64,000 nt of DNA. It comes from an uncultured Candidatus Saccharibacteria bacterium. Lineage in GTDB: Bacteria; Patescibacteriota; Saccharimonadia; CAILAD01; BJGX01. The translations under genes were made by a program, and so were the position numbers. Shown here piece by piece: positions 1 through 9,585 of the stretch. A model generated the notes under the pieces. It ran no database searches, had not been told where the DNA came from, and saw nothing but the letters and a program-made list of their open reading frames with translations. Where the stretch lies: contig CAZEIU010000001.1 in NCBI GenBank assembly GCA_964512085.1, forward strand, positions 7,647 to 71,646, read 5' to 3'. Position 1 is the first letter of the stretch. Every line of letters starts with the position of its first letter.

Positions 1-394
1 CTTCGCTTCCGCCCTCGCGATCAATTATTGCTCTAACCAAGATAGCCTGATTATCGGTCAAGGTTACTCCTGGTACAGCATTATTGTTCTTTTTGATTCC
101 CAAGAATTCTTGCAGACTTGTCTGAACATAATAATTGAACACATAACTATACGAGCCAAGCTCTACGATTACTTCTAGGTTTTGGATAGCATTTTGAGAA
201 GTCTTTACTACAACTCTTGGTAGATCGAGTTCTTCACAAAGCCAACGCGCTACAAGCTCGGTATTTTGGTTAAACCCGCTCCTATGCCCTGCAATCTTAT
301 TTTTAATTTCTCTAGGTGAAAGTTTCTCAAGTTTATTTAGACATTTTCTAATTTTTCGTTCTAACACAGGTGCAGTAGGTTGGCTTTTGGCCAT
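1..394 (-). CDS. hypothetical protein, N-terminal part only (gene runs off the window start)
   Basis: ATG at complement 392-394 with GAGG-like RBS just upstream; open frame continues to position 1 (MAKSQPTAPVLERKIRK...). No recognisable motif. Confidence 0.4.
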   Translation of the reverse strand, partial: MAKSQPTAPVLERKIRKCLNKLEKLSPREIKNKIAGHRSGFNQNTELVARWLCEELDLPRVVVKTSQNAIQNLEVIVELGSYSYVFNYYVQTSLQEFLGIKKNNNAVPGVTLTDNQAILVRAIIDREGGSE

Positions 395-469
395 GCCTCG
401 CCTTTCTGGTGGTAGGTACAAACTTTCAAAATTATAACAGCTCAATACCATCAAAGTAAAGGCCAATTA

Positions 470-1354
470 TTACTTTGCCGAGAGACGTTCAATACGATTA
501 ACATTTAGTGATAGAGTTGCCTGTTTATAGCTTTCTGGGTTATTTATCTTAATCAAATTGAGCAACTTGGCTGCTTCAATATCTTCATAAACCACAGCCG
601 CAGCCTCATCAGTTACGTCTTCTAGTAGTTTAAGCGATTCTAAGACGTCTTGAGTGGCATCATCAATTTGTCTAAGTCCAAAATAAGCTTGAGCTCGAAT
701 ACCAAGTATTTGAGAGCGGCGGCGATCCATGCCTCCCTCTTCTGTCTCTACTTGATAGAGTAAATCATATGCTTCATTTGCATACTTTAGCGCCAAATTG
801 TAATTTTTTTTAACAATTTCTAATACTGCCAAATGTAAGAATGTTGTCATAATATAAAAATTATGTGGCCTTACATCGCTTTCTATAGTATGAAGGCCTT
901 TCTTAAGTTCTTTTTCGGCTAGATTATAATCTTTGAGATAAATATACATAAGCCCTATCTTTGCCTGAGTAATGCCAAGTTCGTTGAGGTTATTGTTCTT
1001 TACAAGCACTCGCTCACTCTTGTGTAGCCACTTAAGAGCAGCATTGTATTCTTTATGATAAGCCAGCATTATACCAATATCTCGTTGCACCGAGCCAACT
1101 TTGTCTAGTCGGTTGAGCCTAGCAAACCTTTCTACTGCTTCCTCATAGCACTTCATAGAGTGTGTCTTATCGTTGTTTACCTTATAAGAAACACCTGCCA
1201 TATGTATACATTCAGCAGCCTGAACATCATTGTGGTTGCCGTCTGCTAGCTTTGCAGCTTTTTTATAAATCTTGGCAGCTTCTAAGCCATGTCCGCCGTT
1301 GCGTAATTCGGTCGCTTGTTTTACAAGCTTGTCAATTTCAGTTTGCATAATCAT
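470..1354 (-). CDS. TPR-repeat protein
   Basis: 294-aa ORF with repeated ~34-aa helical units of A/Y/L pattern (AAKIYKKAAKLA..., ALKYANEAYDLL...) typical of tetratricopeptide repeats. Confidence 0.55.
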   Translation of the reverse strand: MIMQTEIDKLVKQATELRNGGHGLEAAKIYKKAAKLADGNHNDVQAAECIHMAGVSYKVNNDKTHSMKCYEEAVERFARLNRLDKVGSVQRDIGIMLAYHKEYNAALKWLHKSERVLVKNNNLNELGITQAKIGLMYIYLKDYNLAEKELKKGLHTIESDVRPHNFYIMTTFLHLAVLEIVKKNYNLALKYANEAYDLLYQVETEEGGMDRRRSQILGIRAQAYFGLRQIDDATQDVLESLKLLEDVTDEAAAVVYEDIEAAKLLNLIKINNPESYKQATLSLNVNRIERLSAK

Positions 1355-1848
1355 CTAAAATTATTAAAACTTATTGGAAACTCAAAATTTGCCTCGCGCA
1401 GTAACTGCATGGCGCTTTGCAACTCGTCTTTTTTGGGCGATGTCACTCTTACAGTCTCGCCTTGAATTTGAGTTTTTACTTTGGGCACTTTTTCGCGAAG
1501 TAAAGCCGTGATTTGCTTTGCCTTGGTTTGATCCATGCCTTTTAATAAAGGTAGAGACTTACTAGCAATCATATTATTTTGGTGCACCTCGCCCGATTTG
1601 TCTAAGAATTTTAAGCTTAAGCCAGCTTTTACAAACTTGCTTTCTATTACACTCACCATAGCCTCAAGCTTAAGTTCACTATTGGCCTCAATATCTATTT
1701 TGCTAGCGTCTTTATCGAACACCAATTTGGCGCCAGTACCAGCAAAGTCATAGCGAGTAGCAATTTCGCGCTGGGCTTGCTCGCAAGCGTTTATCATACT
1801 ACTAAGATCATATTCACTTACTACATCAAAACTTGAATCTTTTGCCAT
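1351..1848 (-). CDS. yajQ: YajQ-family (UPF0234) nucleotide-binding protein
   Basis: 165 aa; the SFDVVSE...TRYDF...QIQGETVRVTS...FPISFNNFR pattern matches the YajQ family along its whole length. Stop overlaps the downstream TPR gene start. Confidence 0.7.
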   Translation of the reverse strand: MAKDSSFDVVSEYDLSSMINACEQAQREIATRYDFAGTGAKLVFDKDASKIDIEANSELKLEAMVSVIESKFVKAGLSLKFLDKSGEVHQNNMIASKSLPLLKGMDQTKAKQITALLREKVPKVKTQIQGETVRVTSPKKDELQSAMQLLREANFEFPISFNNFR

Positions 1849-1850
1849 AA

Positions 1851-2936
1851 TTATACCCCTATAGTTTCTTTATCTTCGTCGTCAGCAACATCGTGTGGAT
1901 TCTCGTCATATTTATTTAGCGCAATATTGCAAAGAAAACTTATTAATACTGGTTTAGAAATAATAGTTTTTCTTTGTATTCCATTATTAGGGTCAACTAC
2001 TGCATAGAACCCATCCCTAGCTATTTGCCCCAAAACCGAAGGCTCTCTACTCTTATAATAAGCACTTAATGCGCTATATTCTTGGGAGAAATTAGGACTA
2101 TTACCCACCCCGTCTGTATTGGTAGGATCTACAGAAAAATCTTTTTCTGGACGCTTAAGTGTAGAGGCAAATTTCTTAACATTTTCTGTAGTCGAGATTC
2201 CACCCATCCAGTTAGAATAATAAGCTATTATAGCCATCGCATATTCTTTTGGGCTCATACCTAGAAGTTTTTCTGCACTCAAGCAAAGTTTTTTTCCATT
2301 CATATCGAATTTGAACAGACCAAACTGTTCAGCAAATTTTTTCTCGTTTTCAGTAGTGGCATTCCACATTATTTTGTCTAACACTTGTCTCTCCTGTGCG
2401 TCATATGCAAAAAGGCTGTTTGTAGATTGGTCAGATTTATAATTGGGAGCTGTGCCTGCGAAATTCCATCTCATTAATTTAGTATGTCGGACTTTATCCT
2501 TCTTACCATAAGTAAATATTTTATCTAATCTCTCATTCCACTCAATATCCTGTTCAACTTCTTCTGAAGGTAAGTCTAATTTATCAACCAAACGCATGGC
2601 CTCATCTATCTCACCTATTCTTATATAAGTAATAGCTAGTTTTATAACCTCTCTATAGCTATGAGCAATTTCTTTTTCTGGTATAAGCTCTTGAGCTAAG
2701 CGTAAGTAAAGGTGCGCCTCTGAGGTATCGGTAAGCTCCGCCATTGCCTCTTCGGCTAGCTTTTGATGTTCTGCTGCATCTATCTGCGCCCCTAGCGAGT
2801 CTTCTTGAATTTGTTTTTTTTGAGAGTCTATTATCGCATCAAGGTCACTTTTTAATCGTGCATCACTCATGCTTAAAGGAACTTCTTTGCTTCTTCTTTC
2901 GCCACCGCCGTGGTCTTCTTCATAATAAATATTCAT
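1851..2936 (-). CDS. hypothetical protein
   Basis: 361-aa ORF, acidic N-terminus, no motif recognised; tightly packed between flanking genes. Confidence 0.45.
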   Translation of the reverse strand: MNIYYEEDHGGGERRSKEVPLSMSDARLKSDLDAIIDSQKKQIQEDSLGAQIDAAEHQKLAEEAMAELTDTSEAHLYLRLAQELIPEKEIAHSYREVIKLAITYIRIGEIDEAMRLVDKLDLPSEEVEQDIEWNERLDKIFTYGKKDKVRHTKLMRWNFAGTAPNYKSDQSTNSLFAYDAQERQVLDKIMWNATTENEKKFAEQFGLFKFDMNGKKLCLSAEKLLGMSPKEYAMAIIAYYSNWMGGISTTENVKKFASTLKRPEKDFSVDPTNTDGVGNSPNFSQEYSALSAYYKSREPSVLGQIARDGFYAVVDPNNGIQRKTIISKPVLISFLCNIALNKYDENPHDVADDEDKETIGV

Positions 2937-2963
2937 AAGTTTATATTACTATATTTAAGTTTA

Positions 2964-3989
2964 TTATTTAAACTGAGTATCTTTGCTAAACTCAAGATCG
3001 TTTTTGGCTTCGCCGTTTCGGCCAAGTATACCAAGGTCTTTTTTTGCCACAGTAGAGTTGGTAATAATTACTTGAGTATTGCCTGCATTGCCAGTAGTAA
3101 GTTTAATAGAGTTTTTGGCTTTAAACAATTGAGTTGTGCCTGGCAACATTATACCTCTAAATGCATCTTGACCATCCACGGCGACTACTATCCAAGTAGC
3201 TTGATTCTCTATCTTAACTAACATCTCTACTCCTGCGACAGGCGTCGCCGATACATCAGCTACTGCTACCGGCTTATTACCTATTTCGGCGTTGACCGTC
3301 TTAGTAACCGAGGTTGATTTGCCTAGGCGATTTTTGGCCGTTACCGTTATTTGATTACTACCATTAATAAGCGCGACTCTTTCAGAAAAACTGCCATCAG
3401 AGTTGGTAAGTATTGGCGAGTTGTCTATAAATACATCAGCATCTGAGTTGGTTTGCCCAGAAATAATAATATAGTCGGTAGTAACTTTATCTTGATTGGT
3501 GTTTAAGCTTATTTTGGGTGGTGCTGCAAGTACAGCCACCTGCCAAACAAGATAACTTAGTAGCGCTACAAACAAAACTACTGTGAGGGTCACTATGAGT
3601 GATTTTGAACTAATAGCAAAACCTTTGCTCTCAATTGGCTTGAGAGAAATTTGTTTTTCTACATCAGTAGTTCTACCTGGGTGCTGAGTACTTTGATAAG
3701 CAAGGCGCTCTTTTTTGTACATATTAATAATCGGTGCCGTATCAAAGCCTAAATAATCAGCGTAGCTTTTGATATAACCGAGTGAATAAACATTGTCGGG
3801 TAAATGCTCGTAGTCGCCAGCCTCTATAAGCTCTAGATAGCGTTTTCGTACCTGAATAGACTTCTCTACTTCTTTGAGTGAATAGCCCAAGTCTTCGCGC
3901 CGCTTGGTCAGTAGCGCTGCTACTGTGAGGTCGGTTCTATCGGGAGAGTGTAATATTGATTGTTCTTTGTTATTAGACTTAGGGCTCAC
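2964..3989 (-). CDS. RodZ-like membrane protein with N-terminal HTH domain
   Basis: N-terminal HTH (LLTKRREDLGYSLKEVEKSIQVRKRYLELIEAGDYEHLP), a single TM segment (LIVTLTVVLFVALLSYLVW), and an extracytoplasmic C-terminal domain. This is the RodZ/HTH_25-DUF4115 architecture. Confidence 0.55.
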   Translation of the reverse strand: MSPKSNNKEQSILHSPDRTDLTVAALLTKRREDLGYSLKEVEKSIQVRKRYLELIEAGDYEHLPDNVYSLGYIKSYADYLGFDTAPIINMYKKERLAYQSTQHPGRTTDVEKQISLKPIESKGFAISSKSLIVTLTVVLFVALLSYLVWQVAVLAAPPKISLNTNQDKVTTDYIIISGQTNSDADVFIDNSPILTNSDGSFSERVALINGSNQITVTAKNRLGKSTSVTKTVNAEIGNKPVAVADVSATPVAGVEMLVKIENQATWIVVAVDGQDAFRGIMLPGTTQLFKAKNSIKLTTGNAGNTQVIITNSTVAKKDLGILGRNGEAKNDLEFSKDTQFK

Positions 3990-6142
3990 TGCTCACTATC
4001 TCCGGCGGCGGCAGTCAGCTCAGTAACACTACTTATTAATATCTCGCGCGGTTTACTGCCATTGGCTGGCCCTACTACACCTTTTTGTTCTAAGATATCA
4101 ATTAATTTGGCAGCTCGTGCATAACCAACGCCAAGACGTCTTTGTAACAAGCTACTCGAGCCTTTGTGCGCAGCTATTACTACTTCGGCAGCCTGCTCCC
4201 ACAAATCATCATCCATGGCATCATAGTTACCTGCACCGGCAGCTCCACCCTTGAGGTTTACAGCCTGAGTAAGAACTTCTTCGTTGTACTCTGGCTTGCG
4301 TTGATCTCTTAAGAATTGCGTAACGGCACTTACTTCGTCGTTACTAACCAACACGCCCTGTACACGCTTAGGCTTAATAAATTCTGCGCTGCTAAATAAC
4401 ATATCGCCTTTACCCAATAGCTTCTCGGCCCCACCGATATCGATTATTGTTCTAGAGTCTACTTGGCTAGCCGTAGTCAGGGCTATTCGGGTAGGTACGT
4501 TAGCTTTAATCGTACCAGTAATTACATTTACACTTGGTCTTTGAGTGGCCAAAACTAAGTGTATACCTACAGCCCGAGCCATTTGCGATATTCTCTGAAT
4601 AAGAGCTTCTACATCTTTGCCGGCCTGCATCATAAGATCGAATAACTCATCGATAACAATTACAATATAAGGCATTCTATCGACGTCTTTTTGACTATTG
4701 TACTCACCAATATCACGCTTGCCATATTCGGCCAAGAGCTTGAGTCGTCGCTCCATCTCGGCTACTGCCCACTTAAGTGCCGACACAGTTTTGTCAGATT
4801 CTGTAACTACCGGAGTAAGTAAGTGTGGTATGTCTTGGTACAAGGTCATTTCTACATGCTTAGGATCGACCAAAATAAGCTTGAGTTCGCTCGGGCTATT
4901 GCGATACAGCAAGCTAAGAAGCATGGCATTTATTGTTACCGACTTACCAGTACCAGTAGCTCCGGCTACCAATAAGTGAGGTGCTTTGGCCAGATCGTAA
5001 GTAACAATGTCACCGGCTACATCACGACCAAGTGCAAAACTAAGCTTAGACTTAAGGCCTTCGTATTCTTTAGAAAGAAATATATCTTTTACTCTCACTA
5101 CAGCACCTTTTTTGTTTGGCACCTCAATACCCACCAAACTCTTACCAGGTATTGGCGCCTCTACACGAACTTGAGTGGCTTCTAGAGCAAGGGCCAAGTT
5201 GCGGTCTAGAGCAGCGATTTTGCTTAGGTTAACACCGGTTGGTGGCTTAAGGGTGTATTGGGCAACAGTTGGGCCCACATCTACCCCATCCATCTTTACT
5301 TCATAACCAAAGTCGGCAAAAGTATCCGAAATAATTTTGGCATTAGCCTTGGCATCACCCGGGTCTGGCTGGGTTGAGGTAGATTGCAGTAAATCTACCG
5401 ATGGATACTTCCAATCTTTATCGATTGAATAAACAATTGGTTCAGCTGGCTTGTCTTTGGCCTCATTCTTGCCCTCATCGCCTATAGTACCTTTTATTGG
5501 CAACTTGGTATTGATTTGAAACTTACTATCTTTGTCGTCAACTTCATCTCTTTCTTTGCCGCCAAATAGTTTTCTAAATAAGTCTTTTATACCTGCGTTG
5601 GCGGCTATCACTATACTTATTATTAATAACATTACTAGAATAAATATTGCTACAGGCTTATTTAGTATTGGTGCCATCGCCGAATAAACTCCGTAGCCAA
5701 CTATTCCGCCGTAATTACCAATTTGCGAAATCTCTACATTTTCGGGCATAGTAATGGCTGCAATTAGAGCGCTCAAGAACACAAAAAATGCAATTGAGCC
5801 AATAAGGTTATTAAATTTGTACCCTCTTTTTACTTCAACTTCTTCTTTGTCTTTAGATTTATTCTTAGTTGTGTCTTCTACCTCGTCGGTCGTTCTAAAA
5901 AGTAAGTAGGCAGTAATAAGCAGAGCTACCGGCAATAAGTATACGGCAAGCCCAATAATAAATTGAGCAGCAGTTAAAACCCACTGGCCAAGCACACCGG
6001 CAAAGTTAAGAATAGCCAGTACAATAAATACAGTTAGCATAACCAGTACAATTGCTACAATCTCACGTACTGCATTACTACTAAGCTGTAGTTTTTTTTC
6101 ATCTGTTTTCTTGTTTTTAGAACGCGAACGCTTTTTCGCCAT
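3986..6142 (-). CDS. ftsK: DNA translocase FtsK/SpoIIIE
   Basis: N-terminal multi-TM region, linker, and a C-terminal motor domain with Walker A (VAGATGTGKSVTINAMLLSL) and a winged-helix gamma domain. 718 aa. Confidence 0.9.
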   Translation of the reverse strand: MAKKRSRSKNKKTDEKKLQLSSNAVREIVAIVLVMLTVFIVLAILNFAGVLGQWVLTAAQFIIGLAVYLLPVALLITAYLLFRTTDEVEDTTKNKSKDKEEVEVKRGYKFNNLIGSIAFFVFLSALIAAITMPENVEISQIGNYGGIVGYGVYSAMAPILNKPVAIFILVMLLIISIVIAANAGIKDLFRKLFGGKERDEVDDKDSKFQINTKLPIKGTIGDEGKNEAKDKPAEPIVYSIDKDWKYPSVDLLQSTSTQPDPGDAKANAKIISDTFADFGYEVKMDGVDVGPTVAQYTLKPPTGVNLSKIAALDRNLALALEATQVRVEAPIPGKSLVGIEVPNKKGAVVRVKDIFLSKEYEGLKSKLSFALGRDVAGDIVTYDLAKAPHLLVAGATGTGKSVTINAMLLSLLYRNSPSELKLILVDPKHVEMTLYQDIPHLLTPVVTESDKTVSALKWAVAEMERRLKLLAEYGKRDIGEYNSQKDVDRMPYIVIVIDELFDLMMQAGKDVEALIQRISQMARAVGIHLVLATQRPSVNVITGTIKANVPTRIALTTASQVDSRTIIDIGGAEKLLGKGDMLFSSAEFIKPKRVQGVLVSNDEVSAVTQFLRDQRKPEYNEEVLTQAVNLKGGAAGAGNYDAMDDDLWEQAAEVVIAAHKGSSSLLQRRLGVGYARAAKLIDILEQKGVVGPANGSKPREILISSVTELTAAAGDSEQ

Positions 6143-6285
6143 AAACTGTATTATACCCTCGAATGCTTAGTTGTGACTACTACAAAATAAGTAATTTTGC
6201 TTGGTTGATTTATTAGTATTATAGCATAGTCAAATCATAAAAACAAGACTTGTCAAATATAAGCAGTTTGATATGATTATAATTA

Positions 6286-8031
6286 ATGAAAAATATTTTT
6301 AAAATGTTTCGCTTTATACCTGGCGAAAAACTGCGTATTTTTAGCATAATTATTTTTAGTATTATCGGCGGATTAGTAAACACCGTAATACCTATACTGT
6401 TTAAAAACCTTATTAATCAAATTTCGCAAGCTACTTTACGAAATAATTTTGAGGTCGTTTACAAAATACTATTACTTATAATTGCAATATTCTTAGCTGA
6501 ACAAGTCCTTTTATTATTCAAAGAAAAGGTATCAGATACCTTTAGAATGCATGTAATGACAAAGTTAAGACTGGCTGTGTATCCTAAGATATTATCATTA
6601 GATATAGCTTACACCGAGAAACATCAGCCTGGATCAATCTTGCAAAAAATAAATCAAGGAATTGGCGATTTTGTAAATTGGATATTTAATTTGAGCGAAT
6701 GGATAGGAACACTTATTACATCGACTATTTTTATCTTAATTGTTTTATGGTACCAAAACATATGGCTTGGGCTTATATACACCTTCACTGTCGTAGTTAT
6801 GATATACATTACCAAGAAAAAAACTATTAGCCAAAAGCCATATATGAAACGTGCCAACATATTGCAAGAAAAATTCTCGGGCAAGCTTAATCAAACACTT
6901 TCTCACCTCGAAACCATCAAAACCATGTCGGCTGAAAAAATAACTTCAGTACAATTTAAAAAAACCAACGAGCAATTAAAAAATGAAAGGCTAAAACAAT
7001 TTGCTGTGCAGCGTCGCTATAATTTTTTGAGAGATTTTATTGGCGCAATAGGTGTAGGATTAGGGCTGCTAGCGACGACATATCTTATTACCAAAAAATC
7101 ATTTAGCGCTGGCGATATATTCTTGGTAGCTCTCTACTCTAGGACCCTAATGAACTCTATTCAGCCATTAGGTTTCTTAGTACAACAAACATCTGAGGTT
7201 AATTTTACCTCATCAAGACTTATTGATTTTCTTGAGACAGCACCGATAGTTTCAGATCGTGTTGAATCCGAAAAACTAGAGAAGTTGGAGTCGTTAGTAT
7301 TTAAAAACGTTACTTACGATTATCCCGATGGCAAAAAAGGTGCAGTTAGATCGGTGAGTTTTGAAATTGATTCTAGTAAGACTGTTGCTCTAGTTGGACC
7401 TTCGGGCGTTGGCAAATCTACACTTACAAAACTTATCTTAAGATTTTATACTCCAACCAAAGGACACATTGAACTCAACGGAAATGAAATTGCAAATTAT
7501 CAACAGAATAGCATAAGAGAACGAATTGGTGTTGTTATGCAAGACGTAGCTTTATTTAATTCTACAATTTTAGAAAATCTACAAATAGCCAATGCCAAAG
7601 CCTCTAAAGAACAAATTATTAATGCAGCCAAACAAGCTAATGCCGATGAGTTTATTCGCGAGCTTCCCAAGGGCTACAAGACTTTAGTTGGTGAACGTGG
7701 CGTAAAGCTTAGCGGTGGCCAAAAACAACGTATCGCTATAGCTAGGGCCATACTTAAAGATCCAGATCTTATTATTCTCGATGAAGCTACAAGTGCTTTA
7801 GATAGCGAAAGTGAAAGATTAGTACAAGATGGCTTACAAAAACTTATGAAAAACCGTAGCGCACTAGTTATTGCGCACCGCTTAAGCACCGTAATGCACG
7901 CCGATGAAATATTAGTGCTCCAAAAAGGTACCATTGTAGAACGCGGAACTCACCAAGAACTTATTAAGTATGGTGGGCTTTATAAAAAGTTATTTGAGAT
8001 GCAATCGGCAAGTGGAAAGGTTAGATTATAA
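6286..8031 (+). CDS. ABC transporter, fused permease/ATP-binding (exporter, MsbA-like)
   Basis: Six-TM N-terminal half, then an NBD with Walker A (GPSGVGKST), signature LSGGQKQRIAIARA and Walker B (IILDEATSALD). A TTGTCA...TATAAT-like promoter sits in the divergent region 6143-6285. Confidence 0.9.
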   Translation: MKNIFKMFRFIPGEKLRIFSIIIFSIIGGLVNTVIPILFKNLINQISQATLRNNFEVVYKILLLIIAIFLAEQVLLLFKEKVSDTFRMHVMTKLRLAVYPKILSLDIAYTEKHQPGSILQKINQGIGDFVNWIFNLSEWIGTLITSTIFILIVLWYQNIWLGLIYTFTVVVMIYITKKKTISQKPYMKRANILQEKFSGKLNQTLSHLETIKTMSAEKITSVQFKKTNEQLKNERLKQFAVQRRYNFLRDFIGAIGVGLGLLATTYLITKKSFSAGDIFLVALYSRTLMNSIQPLGFLVQQTSEVNFTSSRLIDFLETAPIVSDRVESEKLEKLESLVFKNVTYDYPDGKKGAVRSVSFEIDSSKTVALVGPSGVGKSTLTKLILRFYTPTKGHIELNGNEIANYQQNSIRERIGVVMQDVALFNSTILENLQIANAKASKEQIINAAKQANADEFIRELPKGYKTLVGERGVKLSGGQKQRIAIARAILKDPDLIILDEATSALDSESERLVQDGLQKLMKNRSALVIAHRLSTVMHADEILVLQKGTIVERGTHQELIKYGGLYKKLFEMQSASGKVRL

Positions 8032-8071
8032 AAACAGACTTATAAAAAATAAGTCTGCAAATTAATATTAA

Positions 8072-8440
8072 TTAGATAGTCTGTTGCTCGAGTTCGCCGG
8101 GGTTAGATATTGAGGTAGAGCTAGGCAATGCAACGGTAATTATTGTTAGCTTAGTTGCCTCTCGTCTATCTCTTTCACAAGCAAGTGCGTCTCTAAATAG
8201 ATCATCGCTTAATCTACCTTCTAGATTTAGCTCTGCATACTCATGGTCTGGATGACCACCTTCTTCGTTTACTACATGGTCGTATAGACTAGCAAATTCT
8301 TCGTCTGACATAGCATGCAAATGACAATTTAGTTCATATAGAGCTGCGTATTGTTCATCGCTATATCTACCGTTTATAAGTGGCATTCTCCCCCGCTTTT
8401 GGCTCGAAAAGGACTTGTGCGAAGCGCTTTGCTTCTGCAC
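8072..8440 (-). CDS. hypothetical protein (acidic, small)
   Basis: 122-aa ORF; true start may be the internal MPLINGRYS. No motif recognised. Confidence 0.3.
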   Translation of the reverse strand: MQKQSASHKSFSSQKRGRMPLINGRYSDEQYAALYELNCHLHAMSDEEFASLYDHVVNEEGGHPDHEYAELNLEGRLSDDLFRDALACERDRREATKLTIITVALPSSTSISNPGELEQQTI

Positions 8441-8499
8441 ACCGATACCAAGTATGCTCTTTTTGTTTCAGAATATCAATAGGCAATATTAAGAATAGA

Positions 8500-9585
8500 T
8501 CAAATTTTGATATCTAAAGGATATTTTGGGTCATAAACTCTTACCCTCTCAAAGTCGATAGGTATAAGACGAATAATTTTTACTGGTTCGCCGTTAGCAT
8601 CGTATTCAAACTCTATCATAAAGTCTTTGAGACGCCATGGTTTGTCTAAACCTACATTTCTTCGTACCTTATCAGCAATTCGCTGCATGTGTTCTTCGGC
8701 ATCTTGTTTTAAGGATTGTATTTTTGCCTCACTCAGACCTTGTTCTGATAATCTTTCAAATATTAATCTACCGCTCACACCGGGTAGTTTTTCCATTACT
8801 ATAAACCCAGGCAACCCAGAATTGGGAGTAAATATTCGCGCCAATGGTTTAGCTGATTGTATCCCCATACTACTTAGCAGTTTTAGGGCGGCATACTCAT
8901 CTAGTGGGCCGTTAGATTTACTGGGCACAATTGCTTTTACAATTACCTCTTTATTGCCCTCACTAGTTGGCAAAACCATTTCATACACTGCTTCTTGAGG
9001 ATAGGGGTCGGTAGGGTCAGCAATCTTAATCGCCGTTGCTTTTTTTTGTAAAGTCTGGCCGATGTTCTCGGATATAAAAACTTCTTCTATGTAATCAAGA
9101 CTTTTTGCATCAAGCCCAGGGTCGTGACGAATATGCAATGTTTCGCCGTTCTTAGTAACTGCTTCTTCGTCTTCTATACCCAATATATGCTCTTGGTATT
9201 GCAGTCTTTGTATCTCGCGCACAAAATAATGCCTATATAGTGCTTGTCTAATTAGTTGAAACTGAATTCGTTCTTTGGCAGAAGTACCAATGCTATATGG
9301 CTCGAGGGTAGGTTCGGCTTGGCCAGGCAGTTGTCTATAATACAAGCCAGCTGCAGTTTCGGTTGGTTTTACGTTGTACTCTATAGCATTGACTATTTCG
9401 TGTCTCTCGTCGTCATTACCTTCTAGGCCCGAAACTGTTCTATCACGCCGATTAGATGATAGTAACCTTATTTTACTATCCATTTCGGCAGTAGATATAC
9501 CTAAGATGCTCATAATATCTTGCGGAATTTGCGAAATCAATATAAGGCTTGCTGCACAAAGCCCAATTAGAGTAGTAATGTTCAT
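8500..9585 (-). CDS. hypothetical membrane-anchored protein
   Basis: 361 aa with an N-terminal signal/TM segment (MNITTLIGLCAASLILIS) and a large extracytoplasmic domain. No catalytic motif assigned with confidence. Confidence 0.45.
   Translation of the reverse strand: MNITTLIGLCAASLILISQIPQDIMSILGISTAEMDSKIRLLSSNRRDRTVSGLEGNDDERHEIVNAIEYNVKPTETAAGLYYRQLPGQAEPTLEPYSIGTSAKERIQFQLIRQALYRHYFVREIQRLQYQEHILGIEDEEAVTKNGETLHIRHDPGLDAKSLDYIEEVFISENIGQTLQKKATAIKIADPTDPYPQEAVYEMVLPTSEGNKEVIVKAIVPSKSNGPLDEYAALKLLSSMGIQSAKPLARIFTPNSGLPGFIVMEKLPGVSGRLIFERLSEQGLSEAKIQSLKQDAEEHMQRIADKVRRNVGLDKPWRLKDFMIEFEYDANGEPVKIIRLIPIDFERVRVYDPKYPLDIKI

Noticed and set aside
1162-1350. Numerous 60-120 aa ORFs in the track nested inside or antisense to large confident genes (e.g. 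1162-1350, 4698-5185, 6654-6884, 10666-11603, 30009-30971, 40726-41044)
   Set aside because: Each is fully contained in or opposite a gene with clear family motifs. No RBS or independent signals were seen, so they are treated as frame noise.
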